Source: Ostrea edulis
Taxonomy: Eukaryota
DNA: 64,000 bases
Direction of reading: 5' to 3'
Assembly (NCBI RefSeq): GCF_947568905.1
Contig: NC_079167.1
Location: forward strand, 33,294,001 to 33,358,000
Shown one piece after another: positions 46,297-58,548 of this stretch. Every line of letters begins with the position of its first letter. The stretch's first letter is position 1. Below the pieces are notes generated by a model. The model was not told where the DNA came from. It saw only the letters and a program-made list of their open reading frames with translations, and searched no databases. The position numbers were made by a program, and so were the translations under genes.

Positions 46297-47913
46297 ATGA
46301 AGAACACTTTGATATCATCGCTCGGGCTTTTGTCCTGTGTCATCATGTTGAAGACGGGTAAGTTTTACATCTTCTTTTTTAGTTCGTTATCCCCTCTTTT
46401 CAAGATAATGGTATCATTATTGAACATTATCATACACACGTTAATACGATATGACTAAATTAACCACTTTGTTAGAGGAAGTAAAACAATTGACCTCAAT
46501 ATCATTCAATATCTTTCGATTCTATGAATCTAATCTAAAGATCTAGCTATCTCTATGGGGAAAAAACCAACCAACCAACCAACCAAAAAAAAAAAAAAAA
46601 AAAAAAAAAAAGGGAATAAATTGATTTAATAAAAAAAATTGGAGAATTCGTGGTTTTTAAAAACATAGAATTGGTTTTGATAAATTACAATATAAACTTT
46701 AATTTATCACCATATTTTTGTTTCTATGCCCATAAACTCAATGCTAAAAATCATTGTGAATTTTCCATAATGATTTCGAATTCCACCAAACTACCTGTAT
46801 TTTAAAGTGACATGAATAGCCGCCTATCCCATTGGACCATTGCAATTTGCTAGAAAATACTTTAAAGTTACAAAAAATAAAAATAAATATCAGCCCATTT
46901 TACGAAAGCAATCGTCCGATGTCAGGAACCAATCGGTCACAACGACATGAAAAGGGGTGTAAACGCGCGAGCTAAACTACCGGATATATAACAGTTACAA
47001 TAATCCCATCAAAGACGCTTAAACTTAGATAACATCTAATCTGTCAACAAGCCACATCAAACGTGAAAATTACATTAGTACAATGAGTTTACCGATGTCA
47101 TTCTTCTACCAGGTTTAACAAGGTGTATACATTTTGTGTAAAATAAAACTGTTTTAAAAAGATAATCGAATTCATCAGTTCCATGCTTAAACATCCCCCT
47201 TTTGCCACTTCTACGATGAGAGAGAGAGAGAGAGGGGGGGGGGGGGGCGGGGGTGCTGAATGTGATGCAGTTCTAGTGCGCGACTTTTTGAAAATATGAT
47301 AGAAATAGGGAAGGGAATATCTTTTGTGTTATCAATACAGGCCTGAGGGTGTTGCATTTATCTTCTTTTTGGAATTTTGAAAAGTGCATTTCTTATTTCA
47401 TTTGTGCAGTCCTTTGCAAGATCTACTCTCGTCAAAATCGGAGAGAAAATTAACCTATATATACCTTACCACAGAATACAAATTAGACCATGCTGTAGAC
47501 TTACAGTATTTTCTCTTCGTTTTTCAGCTGAATCTATTATTCCCCCGTTCATGCAGTACACCCAGCGGGAGGAGGCAGTGGTGCACAGGTTCCGGCCGAC
47601 GGCAGACAGATGTTGTAGGGTGGGACAGAGAGCAGCCAGGAAGATGATGTCGTGTAGCATCCGTAACAGCCAAAGACTTTTCAATAGTGTTCACACAGCC
47701 CGGAGTTCGAATGGTGGCATAATTCTTAGAAATACGGACTCGTTTTTCTCCAAGGTTACTGTGTGCGCCACCAACTTCTCAACATCATTCGAAAAATGCT
47801 GTGTGAACAAAGAAAATTTTTTGAAAGAAATTAGGATTTGTAGGAGGCGATATAGGGAGAGAGACTTCCGTGCTAAATGCATAAAAATTGCGAAATCAAA
47901 GTATGGACAGTGA
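46297..47913 (+). CDS. Secreted cationic 148-aa protein with an anaphylatoxin/fibulin-like cysteine module; exons 46297-46357 and 47528-47913
   Basis: Exon 1: acgATG, MKNTLISSLGLLSCVIMLKT (signal-peptide-like), phase-1 donor G|GTAAGT. Exon 2: strong acceptor ttttctcttcgtttttcag|CT, same phase, 127 open codons to TGA. Cys pattern CCxxG..x12-C..C..FxKCC. Confidence 0.8.
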
Positions 47914-49956
47914 GGATGAGTTCTGATGTGTTTCGCCATGTTTATGGCGTCATTACTACGGCAGCGTTTATTCCATATTGTAACTTATAAATTCATTTAC
48001 ATTCATTTTAAAAAAAAAATCATATGTTGTGTGTATGGCGACGTTATCAAAATGTCATTGTATAAATGTAATTTATTTTTTTGCCTGCTTTGAATATGCT
48101 TCATATTAAATTCATACATCAGTTATTATTCTGGCTTATACCTCGTTTATTATGTATTCTGCGTTAGAAACAGGTTACACAATCACTACCTATGTGATTG
48201 AGAGCTACGTCAATACGTCTTCCCAACCCCTCGAAAACACCAAGGATTTTCCCATTCGAGAATTTTGTACTCGTGTGGAGACATCATCATCTGTGGATGA
48301 AGTACTACAAATTTTGACCTATAATGAGCTTACGGCCAAATCGGTGAGGGTTCTTTATCGTGTCAATGCCTGCCGCGACTCGGAATCGCTGTTTTTAAGG
48401 CCATGTTGGAAAAATTCGTAACCTTCCCTTCTAATGTTGGGCGTCTGGTGAAGGAACAGGCATTACCTATGTCAAACGTCTCCAAGTTTGATTTGACTAG
48501 CCACACCGGAATTGAGAATCGAACCCGGGCCTCCTGGTTGCAACACCCTCCTCCAAGAAACCCTACAAAACAAACAAAAACACCAAAGTGTCCACAACTG
48601 GAGACACCGCGATCCGTAAGACAACGCGTGTTAAAATCAGTCTTTATCGGTTTAGTAGGTAGTGGCGATAGTGTGAATTTATCTTTCTTTGGAGCTAATA
48701 CTATGCTGATCATAATATAATTGATCGGCTATTTTGCGAGAAGACTATCTCAACATTAAGCTACCCCTCCCGCCCGCCCTCCAACAGTTTATGTAAACAG
48801 ATCAGTGAAAAGCTTATTACATTAAGCTTCCCCCTCCCCCGCCTTCCCTTCAACACTTTATGTAAACAAACCAGTAAAAAGCATATTAAAGGATTTTCAG
48901 ATTTAGGGGATTGGGACACAAAGCCATGCACGTGTTGTTTCATCTTTTCTGTCTTTATTAGCGCTCTGTTAGGATACCCATCACGTCATATGTTATATGG
49001 AGAAAATATAAAGACCCCCACCCCCATTCTCTCTTTTCGCAAGGATCAATCTATTATCGATTAACGTAAGAAACCCTTCCGATGGCAAAGTGTATTTTGA
49101 TTAGTTCTAAGTATATCGAGTCATTTAACTTGCTTCATGTGTCAGGGGTGGATCCAGGAATTTTTGAAAGGGGGGTGTTTCTACCATTAATTTTGATTTT
49201 CAAAAAAAAAAGGGGGGGGGGGGGCTCAAAATGCATAATTTTTATACCTTTATCAGCAAAAGTTTCTGAAGAAAATTGTATATAATATATATAATCCCTG
49301 GAACCTCTCTCTGGATCCGCCATTTTGTGTCTCCGTTACGTTCAGAAAATTATCAACGAACAAACAGGCAAACAAACAAGTTGCAATGACAGAAAAAGGA
49401 CTTCTCTATTAACCCTACTTGTATTCACATTACTACTACTCGGAAAATTGATTTAGTTACACATATATATATGGATGACTTCCCTGAACCAATTCATTAT
49501 TTTTAATCTTGATAACAACGAACACAGAGATAAATAAATTGACATGACCATGATATTCTGATACCGTAAATAAATACCTAGGGTTTGGCCTTGTTGTGAG
49601 ATAACTCCATGGTCATTGGATATGAACACCGATGTTGCAAGTATTCGTCACGGTACATGGTTTCACACACTGTAATATCTTAACATTTGAAACGTGTGAT
49701 ATTTAGAAGAAAGAAAATAATGTTTCTGGGAAGGCACTCAATAGATATGTCATTACGTCAGAGCTTTCACCAATGATATTACGTGGAATATCAAATGTCA
49801 ACTTTTTTTCTTCATCTTTCTTGCGATAAATGAATTTTTTTTAGATACCCCGACTAGTTTCTTCAGTTCTTCTGGAGTATATCATTGACATACACTAATA
49901 TATATATATATATATATATATATAAAGCACAGAAAATTTCACTTTATTTGGATACC

Positions 49957-50052
49957 CACTTTCGCCCCTACCCGGGGTTGAACTCACGACCTGCGGAACC
50001 AAATCTCCTAGCAGCATGTAACCAGCACGCTAGACCGATCGACCATCTAGGC
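49957..50052 (-). mobile_element. tRNA-derived SINE head or tRNA pseudogene inserted between (TA)n tracts
   Basis: Minus strand gcctagatggtcgatcggtctagcg (A-box-like) ... gagttcaaccccg (B-box); (TA)n at 49897-49924 and 50057-50113. Confidence 0.6.
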
Positions 50053-50055
50053 AAG

Positions 50056-50116
<61 letters not shown>

Positions 50117-51308
50117 CGCCGATAGAGTATACCCGACTAGTTTCTTCAATTCTTCAGGAGTATATCATTAACATAATATGTACTAATATATTAACATAAT
50201 ATCATAGAATAACATACACATATACTGATCCTGAAGAATTTAAGAAACTAGTCGCGTATACTCTATCGGATTTATGATATTTTTTCTCACTATATAGATA
50301 TATACATGTATATATAAAGATATCCATGCATGATGTATAAGAAACATCTTTGTAAAATGAGAGATATGTTGCTTTTATTTCAATTTCACATTTGTAAGTC
50401 AAGGTTCTCCTCTAATTATATGATATTTTAGTGTATGAGAATATGAAGCACATTTAAATCTTATCAGTGGCGTATTCAATGAATTTTCACCGAAAATGAT
50501 TTCAAAATTATCATTCTCCTATTTTTAGAGTTACCTCTCTTTGTATACATTATTATAATGATGATCTGTCAAGTGGGTATTGCTGTCTGCTTTTTTTTTT
50601 TCAAAGCTCTATTTTCCTTTGTTTTGATATAATTATCTGAAAGCTATCTGCTTGTTTTCATGCAATCTGCAGTGACGGCGTCATAAAAGAGATTTCTCCG
50701 ATATCGGCCATCTTTTGAGTCTTATGATCAAGTCATTTCTGCTTCAATTTTGATGAAATAGACATCATTAATTTTAGAAATATCATTTTTCATATTTGAT
50801 ACAAATGAAGTATTGTAGGTGCAGATGGTCTAGTATACAAATTAAAAGAGAATTGATACTTTACAAATGGTCAAATATAGAATACTGTCAAGTATGAAAC
50901 ATAGAAATTAATAAAGATAAGTAAGTTTATTACAATTTTGGACCCAGAGGACATAACAGCAAGACAGCTTATAAAGAAGGAAATTTAAAAAAAGTTTACA
51001 ACATTAACTACAGATTACAGCAACTGCAAACTACATATTGATGTAGCATGTGGGGGAAACGGGTACATACATATATGAATTGCAAATCAGATGTAAATAC
51101 ATAAGTAAATGGACAGTATCAGTATTGTAACAACATATGAATAAGAAACTATAATGATTTTTGCAGTTTTAAAGCATCACTTCTTTTTCTGAAAGTTTTA
51201 TCTAAATATTCACCCAATTTGACAATTACTAGTTTGTTTTATATATATTTATATATATATATATATATATATTAAAATTCCACAAAATGTCCATGGTATA
51301 GGTAATAA

Positions 51309-51372
<64 letters not shown>

Positions 51373-52186
51373 AAATAAAAAGAATATATAAATGGAGAAT
51401 TAAAGATTTAATTTTCCACTGTTTTACACGCCATACTAAATAATCATGGGGTTATTTTCAAAATTGAAAAAGACGTGAGAACCACTGAGATATGCAAGTT
51501 TTCAAGTCCTTTTATCAATTCTCTTGTGCACGTTTTAAAAGGTATCCCGTTAAAAACGTTCATTTTCCTTCAGCACCATATCTATAGGCGTGATAATTGT
51601 TGGCGTGACATTTGACCGTGAACGCCCGCCAGAGGGAGCATGCAGATAGATGCGTCATTCAAAGCTCTCAGTTACATCTAACTACATATAGTGTGTACTG
51701 ACAAATTTTAGTCTTTTTATCGCTTAGTATTCGTTGAAAACAAAACACTTTCTCAGGCTAAATTTATTTTAAAATCAGATAATGTGATACTCTAAGGTCA
51801 AATATGTGATTACGTTTAAACGTTTCCCTAAATAAATATCTGCAGTTTTAATCTTGATGTGTATTGTAAATCATTTCAAGTGGTAGTCGTAGATATTTAT
51901 AAAAAATAAAAAAAAGGCTCTAAGAACACCACATTCAAGTTTTCCGTTTATTCGCGCATTTTATATAGTAGAATGGAACACTAAAAATCTGAACATTATC
52001 TCTGCAATTGTTTATTAAAAATTTTAAAAATTCAGTAGAATTTAGGCCCGTGCAGTTGTTATAAAAACATAAGATATTGTAAATCATTTCGAGCAAAAAT
52101 AACGAAATTTACAGTAACTCCAAACTCCCCGTCGAGGCCTCATTACGCCACCTACGAATAGTTTGACAGTAACTCTAACCCAACTG

Positions 52187-52226
52187 TGACGTCAGCGACG
52201 TACATAAATATTGAAATATGACGTCA
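52187..52226. promoter_or_regulatory. Two perfect CRE palindromes (TGACGTCA) bracketing the start codon
   Basis: TGACGTCA at 52187-52194 and 52219-52226; function is inferred only. Confidence 0.3.
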
Positions 52227-52967
52227 TGGCAGAGAAAATCAGCTGAAAGTGTTGTCCATGCAATTTTGTTTTTAGCATTCATTTTTTGCTTTCTTGGGTG
52301 TTGTGAAACTACAAAGGACCTGAATATACACGAACTTCGACTTGTGGCTCAGCATTTGAAGCATGAGGACTGCAGGAAACTTATCGCCGCTCTCCACCAT
52401 AAAGAATTTTATCTGAAAGTAGAGGAAGTGAAAGCAGAAAACACAAATAAGTCGTGTTTATTTCTGCTGTTGAAATGGGACAGAACAGAGGGCCGGGGCA
52501 AAACCTTTTATGACCTTCCTTTACGCCTGAGACAGCTGGGCCATGTTGTCCTCGCCAAGAAACTTTCCAAGATAGTCTACCACGAAAAAGCTCTCAATTT
52601 GAAGAGGACCTTAACGGACGACCCTTTCAAGACCATGGTTGATAAAGACTCGTTCTTACTGGACAATGACAAGGTCCAGCGAGAGGTTCACGTTCAAACG
52701 GACGAGGGCTCCATCGACTTCATTACTTTATTCTGGGCTGTATGTGGAGCCATGTCATTTTTTATTTTGTTGAGAATTTCCTTTCGGATATTTTGCCCTG
52801 GGGCTTTTGCAAGGTTCTGGAAAAAGATGTCACCACAGCCTGTCAGTGATGGCTGCCAGTTCTGCTGTAGTGAGATAGACCGAATTACCGCGAGATTAAA
52901 GAAACTATACAAACGATACGTCGTAGGAATACACGTGGAAAATGATTTATTGGATGAAGAAGTGTGA
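52218..52967 (+). CDS. TMDD1: Transmembrane and death domain protein 1-like: signal peptide, death-domain-like region, TM helix, short tail; single exon, 249 aa
   Basis: Hydrophobic N-terminus HAILFLAFIFCFLGCC; helical DD-like region ELRLVAQHL..DCRKLIAAL..CLFLLLKW..L.LRLRQLGH..LAKKL; DDPFK motif; TM FITLFWAVCGAMSFFILL. The family assignment is from memory of the TMDD1 architecture. Confidence 0.72.
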   Translation: MTSWQRKSAESVVHAILFLAFIFCFLGCCETTKDLNIHELRLVAQHLKHEDCRKLIAALHHKEFYLKVEEVKAENTNKSCLFLLLKWDRTEGRGKTFYDLPLRLRQLGHVVLAKKLSKIVYHEKALNLKRTLTDDPFKTMVDKDSFLLDNDKVQREVHVQTDEGSIDFITLFWAVCGAMSFFILLRISFRIFCPGAFARFWKKMSPQPVSDGCQFCCSEIDRITARLKKLYKRYVVGIHVENDLLDEEV

Positions 52968-54998
52968 GATGGTATACTATGTTCGGGTATATCTACTCAG
53001 TTTTACCATTTGTTTGGAATAAGAAGTATTTTCTGAAAATCACATTCAGTTCACCAAGGGCTAAATGGCAGGACACACAAGCCAGAAAACATACGACTCT
53101 CCGTATAGATACAGTTAATTACCGAGTGAGAGAGATTGATGTACAGCAGTTCATGACGTTGTATAGAGAGGCTGGGCTGGGTACTGTTAGCGATCCAATT
53201 TTACAAAGTTACTGACTGTTCCCTAGTATCAAGGCTTCTATGTTGATCATTAGATGATCGAAGCCAGTACAAAATCTGCAGTCTTTGGAGTTAAAAAAAA
53301 TTATAATCCTGTACATTTTGTTGTTAATATAGAAAGCTTCAAATTCACGTGAATTTATACACTTTATGTTCATTCGATAAAAATGTTTTGTGACTAGATT
53401 TTCATGGTTTTGGTGTGAAAGTAGCAAATAAAACTGCTGCTAAAATGCAACAAGTATGAAAGACAAGAATTTGTTTTTTTTTTTAAATTCTGTCGATTGT
53501 CACTAAAGTCGTTAGCTCAATAATGACTGCACAGAATTTCGAGCAGTAAAATATATTTCCACTTTGATGTAATACTAAGCCAATTATACATGTAGCATGC
53601 ATATATCGGTATTGCCAATGTTTGCCCTCGTTAGCCATTTTTGTAATTTGTACACTGCAAATGTTGAATTTCCAATCGAGTGTTTATGGTGCAGGTGTAA
53701 TTACTGTTAATGATGATTGTGTCTAGAAGGAGTCGAAAAAAAGAGAGGGATATATCCTATTCTAGTATAATTTGATATCTGGCTGCTATTAGACCCGATC
53801 TACCTGAATCATCAATCAAACCGCCATAATGATTCGTAGACGGTGTCATTGTATAAAAAAGTAAGAGTATTCTCTGTAAACAGTTTTTAGATACTAAGAT
53901 GTTCTCGAAGTAATTGTTTGATTTCCATAAATCTGAGTTCTCTCCGTGGATGATTAAACGAGAAGATAACGAGAATTGACAGCGCCCTCTGTGGTTTGCT
54001 GAGAGATACCGTGACACTCGGAAGTGTGCGTGCTTCTCCGGCTTCAGATGGACGATCCATAGACTTGTACCCTATCTCGCTTCACAAAATTACAATACCA
54101 AATATAATCCCGCAAGAAAAATCTGACACAGACAGAGTTCTTTAGGAGAAGATTGCGATTGATTTAAACGGTCTTGAAGGGACGGATGAGCTGATTGCTT
54201 ATCTATACTTCATTTGCTTGGATGACATTTGATTCATAAGAATAAATAATGCCAATAGTCTTAGCACTTATTCTGGCTTTTAATATTTCTGATCATTTCG
54301 ATGCTTTTAGGTATTAAATCTTTTTAAAAAATCCCTTTAATCTTGTAAATTCAAGAGTACATTCATGTGGGGGAAAGCGCGATAGCGTATCCATGAAACT
54401 GTTTCATTTAATACATTTGAAAATTAATGATTTCATGTTGATACAGAAATAGCTGAAAGTTAATGATAACATTAAGAGTTATTTTTGTGAGTTTTACACA
54501 TAAGAAACTTTTGGTGGTAAAAAAAAGGAGGTAAATTGACTCGCCGTGTCTACAGAGTGTTTGTATTGCAGGAGAGACGTCTGCGCTGTATCGTCAATCT
54601 CAGCCTCTTAAGACTGATTAGAATTCTTAGACTGATTAGATTTTGAGATATCAGTTTTCGAGATTGATAACCCCACAGACATGCCGTGGCACGAATTAAC
54701 ATCCAGAGAGCAAAAAGAAATTGCCACGTGGATATCATACTCACCCTGGCACTTTCTCACTTTCCCTCTTTTAGAATTATTAATTATCTGGCGGTCGCCA
54801 AATAAATTTCATATCATTATCTGGCGACCACTATATATTCTCACTTTTCCTTCTTTAGAATTATGATATTTTTATTTGATTATCTGGCGGCCGCCAAATA
54901 AATTTCTAACTGCCACCACATAGAATACGCAAGTTTCGAGATACATCCAAGTTATTTCCCGTTAGAGAACCTTCGTACGCAGCAAGGCGCGAAACAGT

Positions 54999-55415
54999 AT
55001 GAAATTTCCTAGATGTCTGCTCTTTTGCGATGGAGGTAAGTTCGGTGCTCTGTTAAACGCTTCCAAACAAGGGTGAGTACAAGTTGTATACATTCATTAT
55101 AGATTGGCTATGTAAACAAGGATAAAAGTCATGAAAGCGTAAATTTGAATTATTGTTTGCAAATAAGATATTGTTTTTATGTTTCCACTTTAGTCAAACA
55201 TTTCTTATTTTGTATTTCCTACATTTATATATTTTAACAGATGCCGCGTTTGACTAATTCCATGTGACACCAGCCAGAAACTTATTGGATGGCCGACAGA
55301 TAAAATGTTCTCACCTGGCACCAAACGGCTTCCGTATGCTGACATATCGATGCTCTCTACCATTTCTTCCGATAGGTCACGTAAACGTAATCAAAAACAA
55401 GAAACACGGAAATCG
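54999..55415 (+). other. Putative spliced exons of an unidentified transcript (exon ending 55035; exon 55241-55415)
   Basis: Donor GAG|GTAAGT at 55036, acceptor ..attttaacag at 55240, donor TCG|GTAAGT at 55416; only short ORFs. Confidence 0.35.
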
Positions 55416-58400
55416 GTAAGTTGAAATCAATGTTCATGGCTATCTGGCGAACACATGTTAAGGTCATACATGACGATTTTGCCATTTTTAAAAACTTTTT
55501 ATTTTTTATTTTTCCGAAATAGATTTAAATTCTGCAAGACTTCGTATGCCAGTCTGGTTATACATTACCTAATCAGTAATGCAAGGGTCTCAGGTTCAAT
55601 CTCGGATTGATCCAAAGAGTTTCCTCCCCTTCTTTGCCACAAAGATTGAGTAATTCGTACAACCTTCTGTCATAAGAATTGATTTTTACGTTTTTTTACT
55701 TGCCACAACATGGAACTATCAAAATATATGCTTTTAAAACAGTCATGGTTTTATGTCCTAAGACGTTTTGTTTGTTTGTAGAAACAAAATGGGATGTAAG
55801 TGAATTATACCCGAAATGTCATGAAAAATTATACACATGTAAATATTGATATGTTACGTCACATATGACCTTGAATAAGTACTAGTATTTATAAGAATTA
55901 TACCAGTGTTTAGATGTAAATTCTTGAATCTTTCATAAATTTGAAGAATTTACGTTGACCCATGTGGGTTTCCACCTGTCTGAAGTCTGCAAATGCGTTA
56001 CTGATATTTCTAATAAGAAATTTTGACGTCATTAACAAGGAAGATTCTGATACTAAGCTTCCACAATACAAGGGATAGTTGATTTTACGAATAGTGGCAT
56101 TATTGAATTAGACATTTGAAGCGCTTGATTTCTATGAAAGATTTTTCAATTTGTCTGATGTCTGTACTGGACTGCCTTATCATGTGGTCTGGCGACAGAC
56201 ACGGTGCAGATGGGTGGTAGCGAGGTCGGATTAGTATTGGCAGAAATCAATAAAGCCCAGCAGTATATACAAGAGGCAAGTGAAAAAATTAATTAAGATT
56301 TACAGAGAAACAATACCCGGCTCCAATGTATAATTGATGGAGCCCTAAGAAGGGTGATTAATTTTCACGGACTTTTAGGGGCTTCTACTTAAGGTATCTC
56401 TTTAATTACTCCAGACAAGTTATTTGTGTTCAATGAACTAAGGAGGCGGGGTCAATGTTTTAATACCATCCTAATGGAGACTGTTTAGTGTCCCAGACTA
56501 AAGACAACGCGGTATTTTATCTCCCAGCCATCTATTAGTCCTCCGCCGCCCCGTATGAGCAGTGGATGTGTATGTTTTGATATGTTTCTTCTCAAAGTGT
56601 CGTGGATTAGCAGAATAAACATCAATTATTGCTATGATAATGGCATCACCAGAATATTTAAAATAAAGATCAAATCTAGTTTCTCAAAAACGCCTCGTAG
56701 CCCGTAAATAAAGGCAATCAAAGTCTGATATCAAGCAGGAATTGATAACAGAAGTATTATTTAAAAAGGGAAAATAAAAAAAGTATAGTAAAACTCGAAT
56801 GCAGCGAACACGGATATAACGAATTTATGGTTAGAGTGAAGTGAAACCGATTTCTTTGGCAGACTCCTTACATATTCTATATATAAAAAAATCTGTCTCT
56901 ATAACGAACACGGATACAGCGAATTTGCGGTTATAGTGATTCTTCGGCAAATTCCTTTATATTCTATATAAAAATCTGCGCCTATAATGAACATGGATAC
57001 AGCGAATGTGCGAGTTCCCATCAAACAGGAAGTTGATATTTGTGAGGTAGACATGTCACATAGTGTCCATTGGAACAGAAGAATTTACAGTCCCCTTACA
57101 GTGACCTTGACCTTTTACATGACATTGACACCGATACCAACCCAACTCAGATCTTAATATACAATTATCAGATAATTTTGAAATGTGGCAAAATTTTTAC
57201 ACAAGGCTGAACCAACCAACACACTACCATATAAACCACCAAATACCTTTATTTCCTACGCAAATAAAATGACACATTCTGATTGACTGTTAAGCAGGTG
57301 TAAATATCCATACCCCCGATTATCAAGGAGAAAATTGTTAGGTAAGAAATGCATTGATTTCGAGGTTGGGATCTACTGTAATTAGAAAGCACGGAGAGAC
57401 ATCATGATCGCTCAGGCGTATCGAATCCTGTGTCAGACTGCTGCATAGTCTCTCACTACAGAATGCGCATACAATTATACTAAGAACATATATCGGGGGA
57501 TTTCCCCAGCTATATTGTAGGCAGACCAGCGAGACATGAAGTTGCTTTTTGTGCACGTTGTAGGTCTTTTGCTGACATGTATGAGTCATTATTGCGGAGC
57601 CCATTTTTTAAACTCGCATATCTTTTTTTTTAATTTACGTGTTTTTCTTTTTTCTTTTCTTTCAATAGCTTACATTCAAAGCTTATTATTGTTCTATATC
57701 TGATATTAGTAAAAACAAAGGAAAATAAATCGAGTGGGAATTTGAACTTCTTTCTGAAATAATTTTTTTTTAAATGTTCTCAGCTGTTATAAACACTCCA
57801 TCATAAAACAACGAACCTTGCACTTATGAAATTCACCACCTCTAGCTAGATTAAGAAGAGGGGGGAAAAAACCCACAATTCTAATATGGAACATGCAAGC
57901 ATCTCTCACTTATAATTAAGATTATCCCACCTCTAATTCGAAAATAAATCAAGGAAAATACACTTCATGCTGTCTAGTGCATATTGAAACTTACGTCGAA
58001 CTTCTAACGTTTAAGGGCAATTATCATTAGCACTTTTGAAATATTGTGTATTTTTTTCCTTTCAGGGCTACTTTGTTTTTCTATCGCTGTCAGCAAAGAT
58101 TATTTTGTGCTTTCCAATAGTTCTTCCAAAGTCAACAAAACTCTTCACAAAGTGATAAGGCGACATAATATTTGACAGTTGGTGTGAAATAAAACAAGTA
58201 GGCGGGAGATATACATTTCTGAAGATTTATTCAACCTCCAGTTGTTGTTATAATTGATCGTTTATTGAAACATGTTGATATTCTAAGGCGGACTGAACGA
58301 TGCATTTTGCATGAATACTACAAAAATGTATTGACATAACATATTATTGCGCATGAAGTATTGCAAAATCTTCGATTCACTTTTACCTATAATCTTAATT

Positions 58401-58548
58401 TACTGTGTCAATACATTTTATTTACATATAAAGTAGTTCCACGTATTACATTACATTTTTCAGTCGGAGGTTTAAAATATATTTACATCATGCCATCCAA
58501 TGTTGAACTGAGACAATCATACTTGATGTCCATAGGGTTAAACGTCAT

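Noticed and set aside
47466-47684. Minus-strand ORF with a hydrophobic start and a GTAAGT donor
   Set aside because: It is antisense to the better supported plus-strand exon 47528-47913, which has a matching signal-peptide exon, phase and Cys pattern; no partner exon was found.
48152-48421. 89-aa ORF as a further exon of the anaphylatoxin-like gene
   Set aside because: The upstream exon has its own stop; the only candidate internal donor (phase 2) leads to a stop in this region; no motif recognised.
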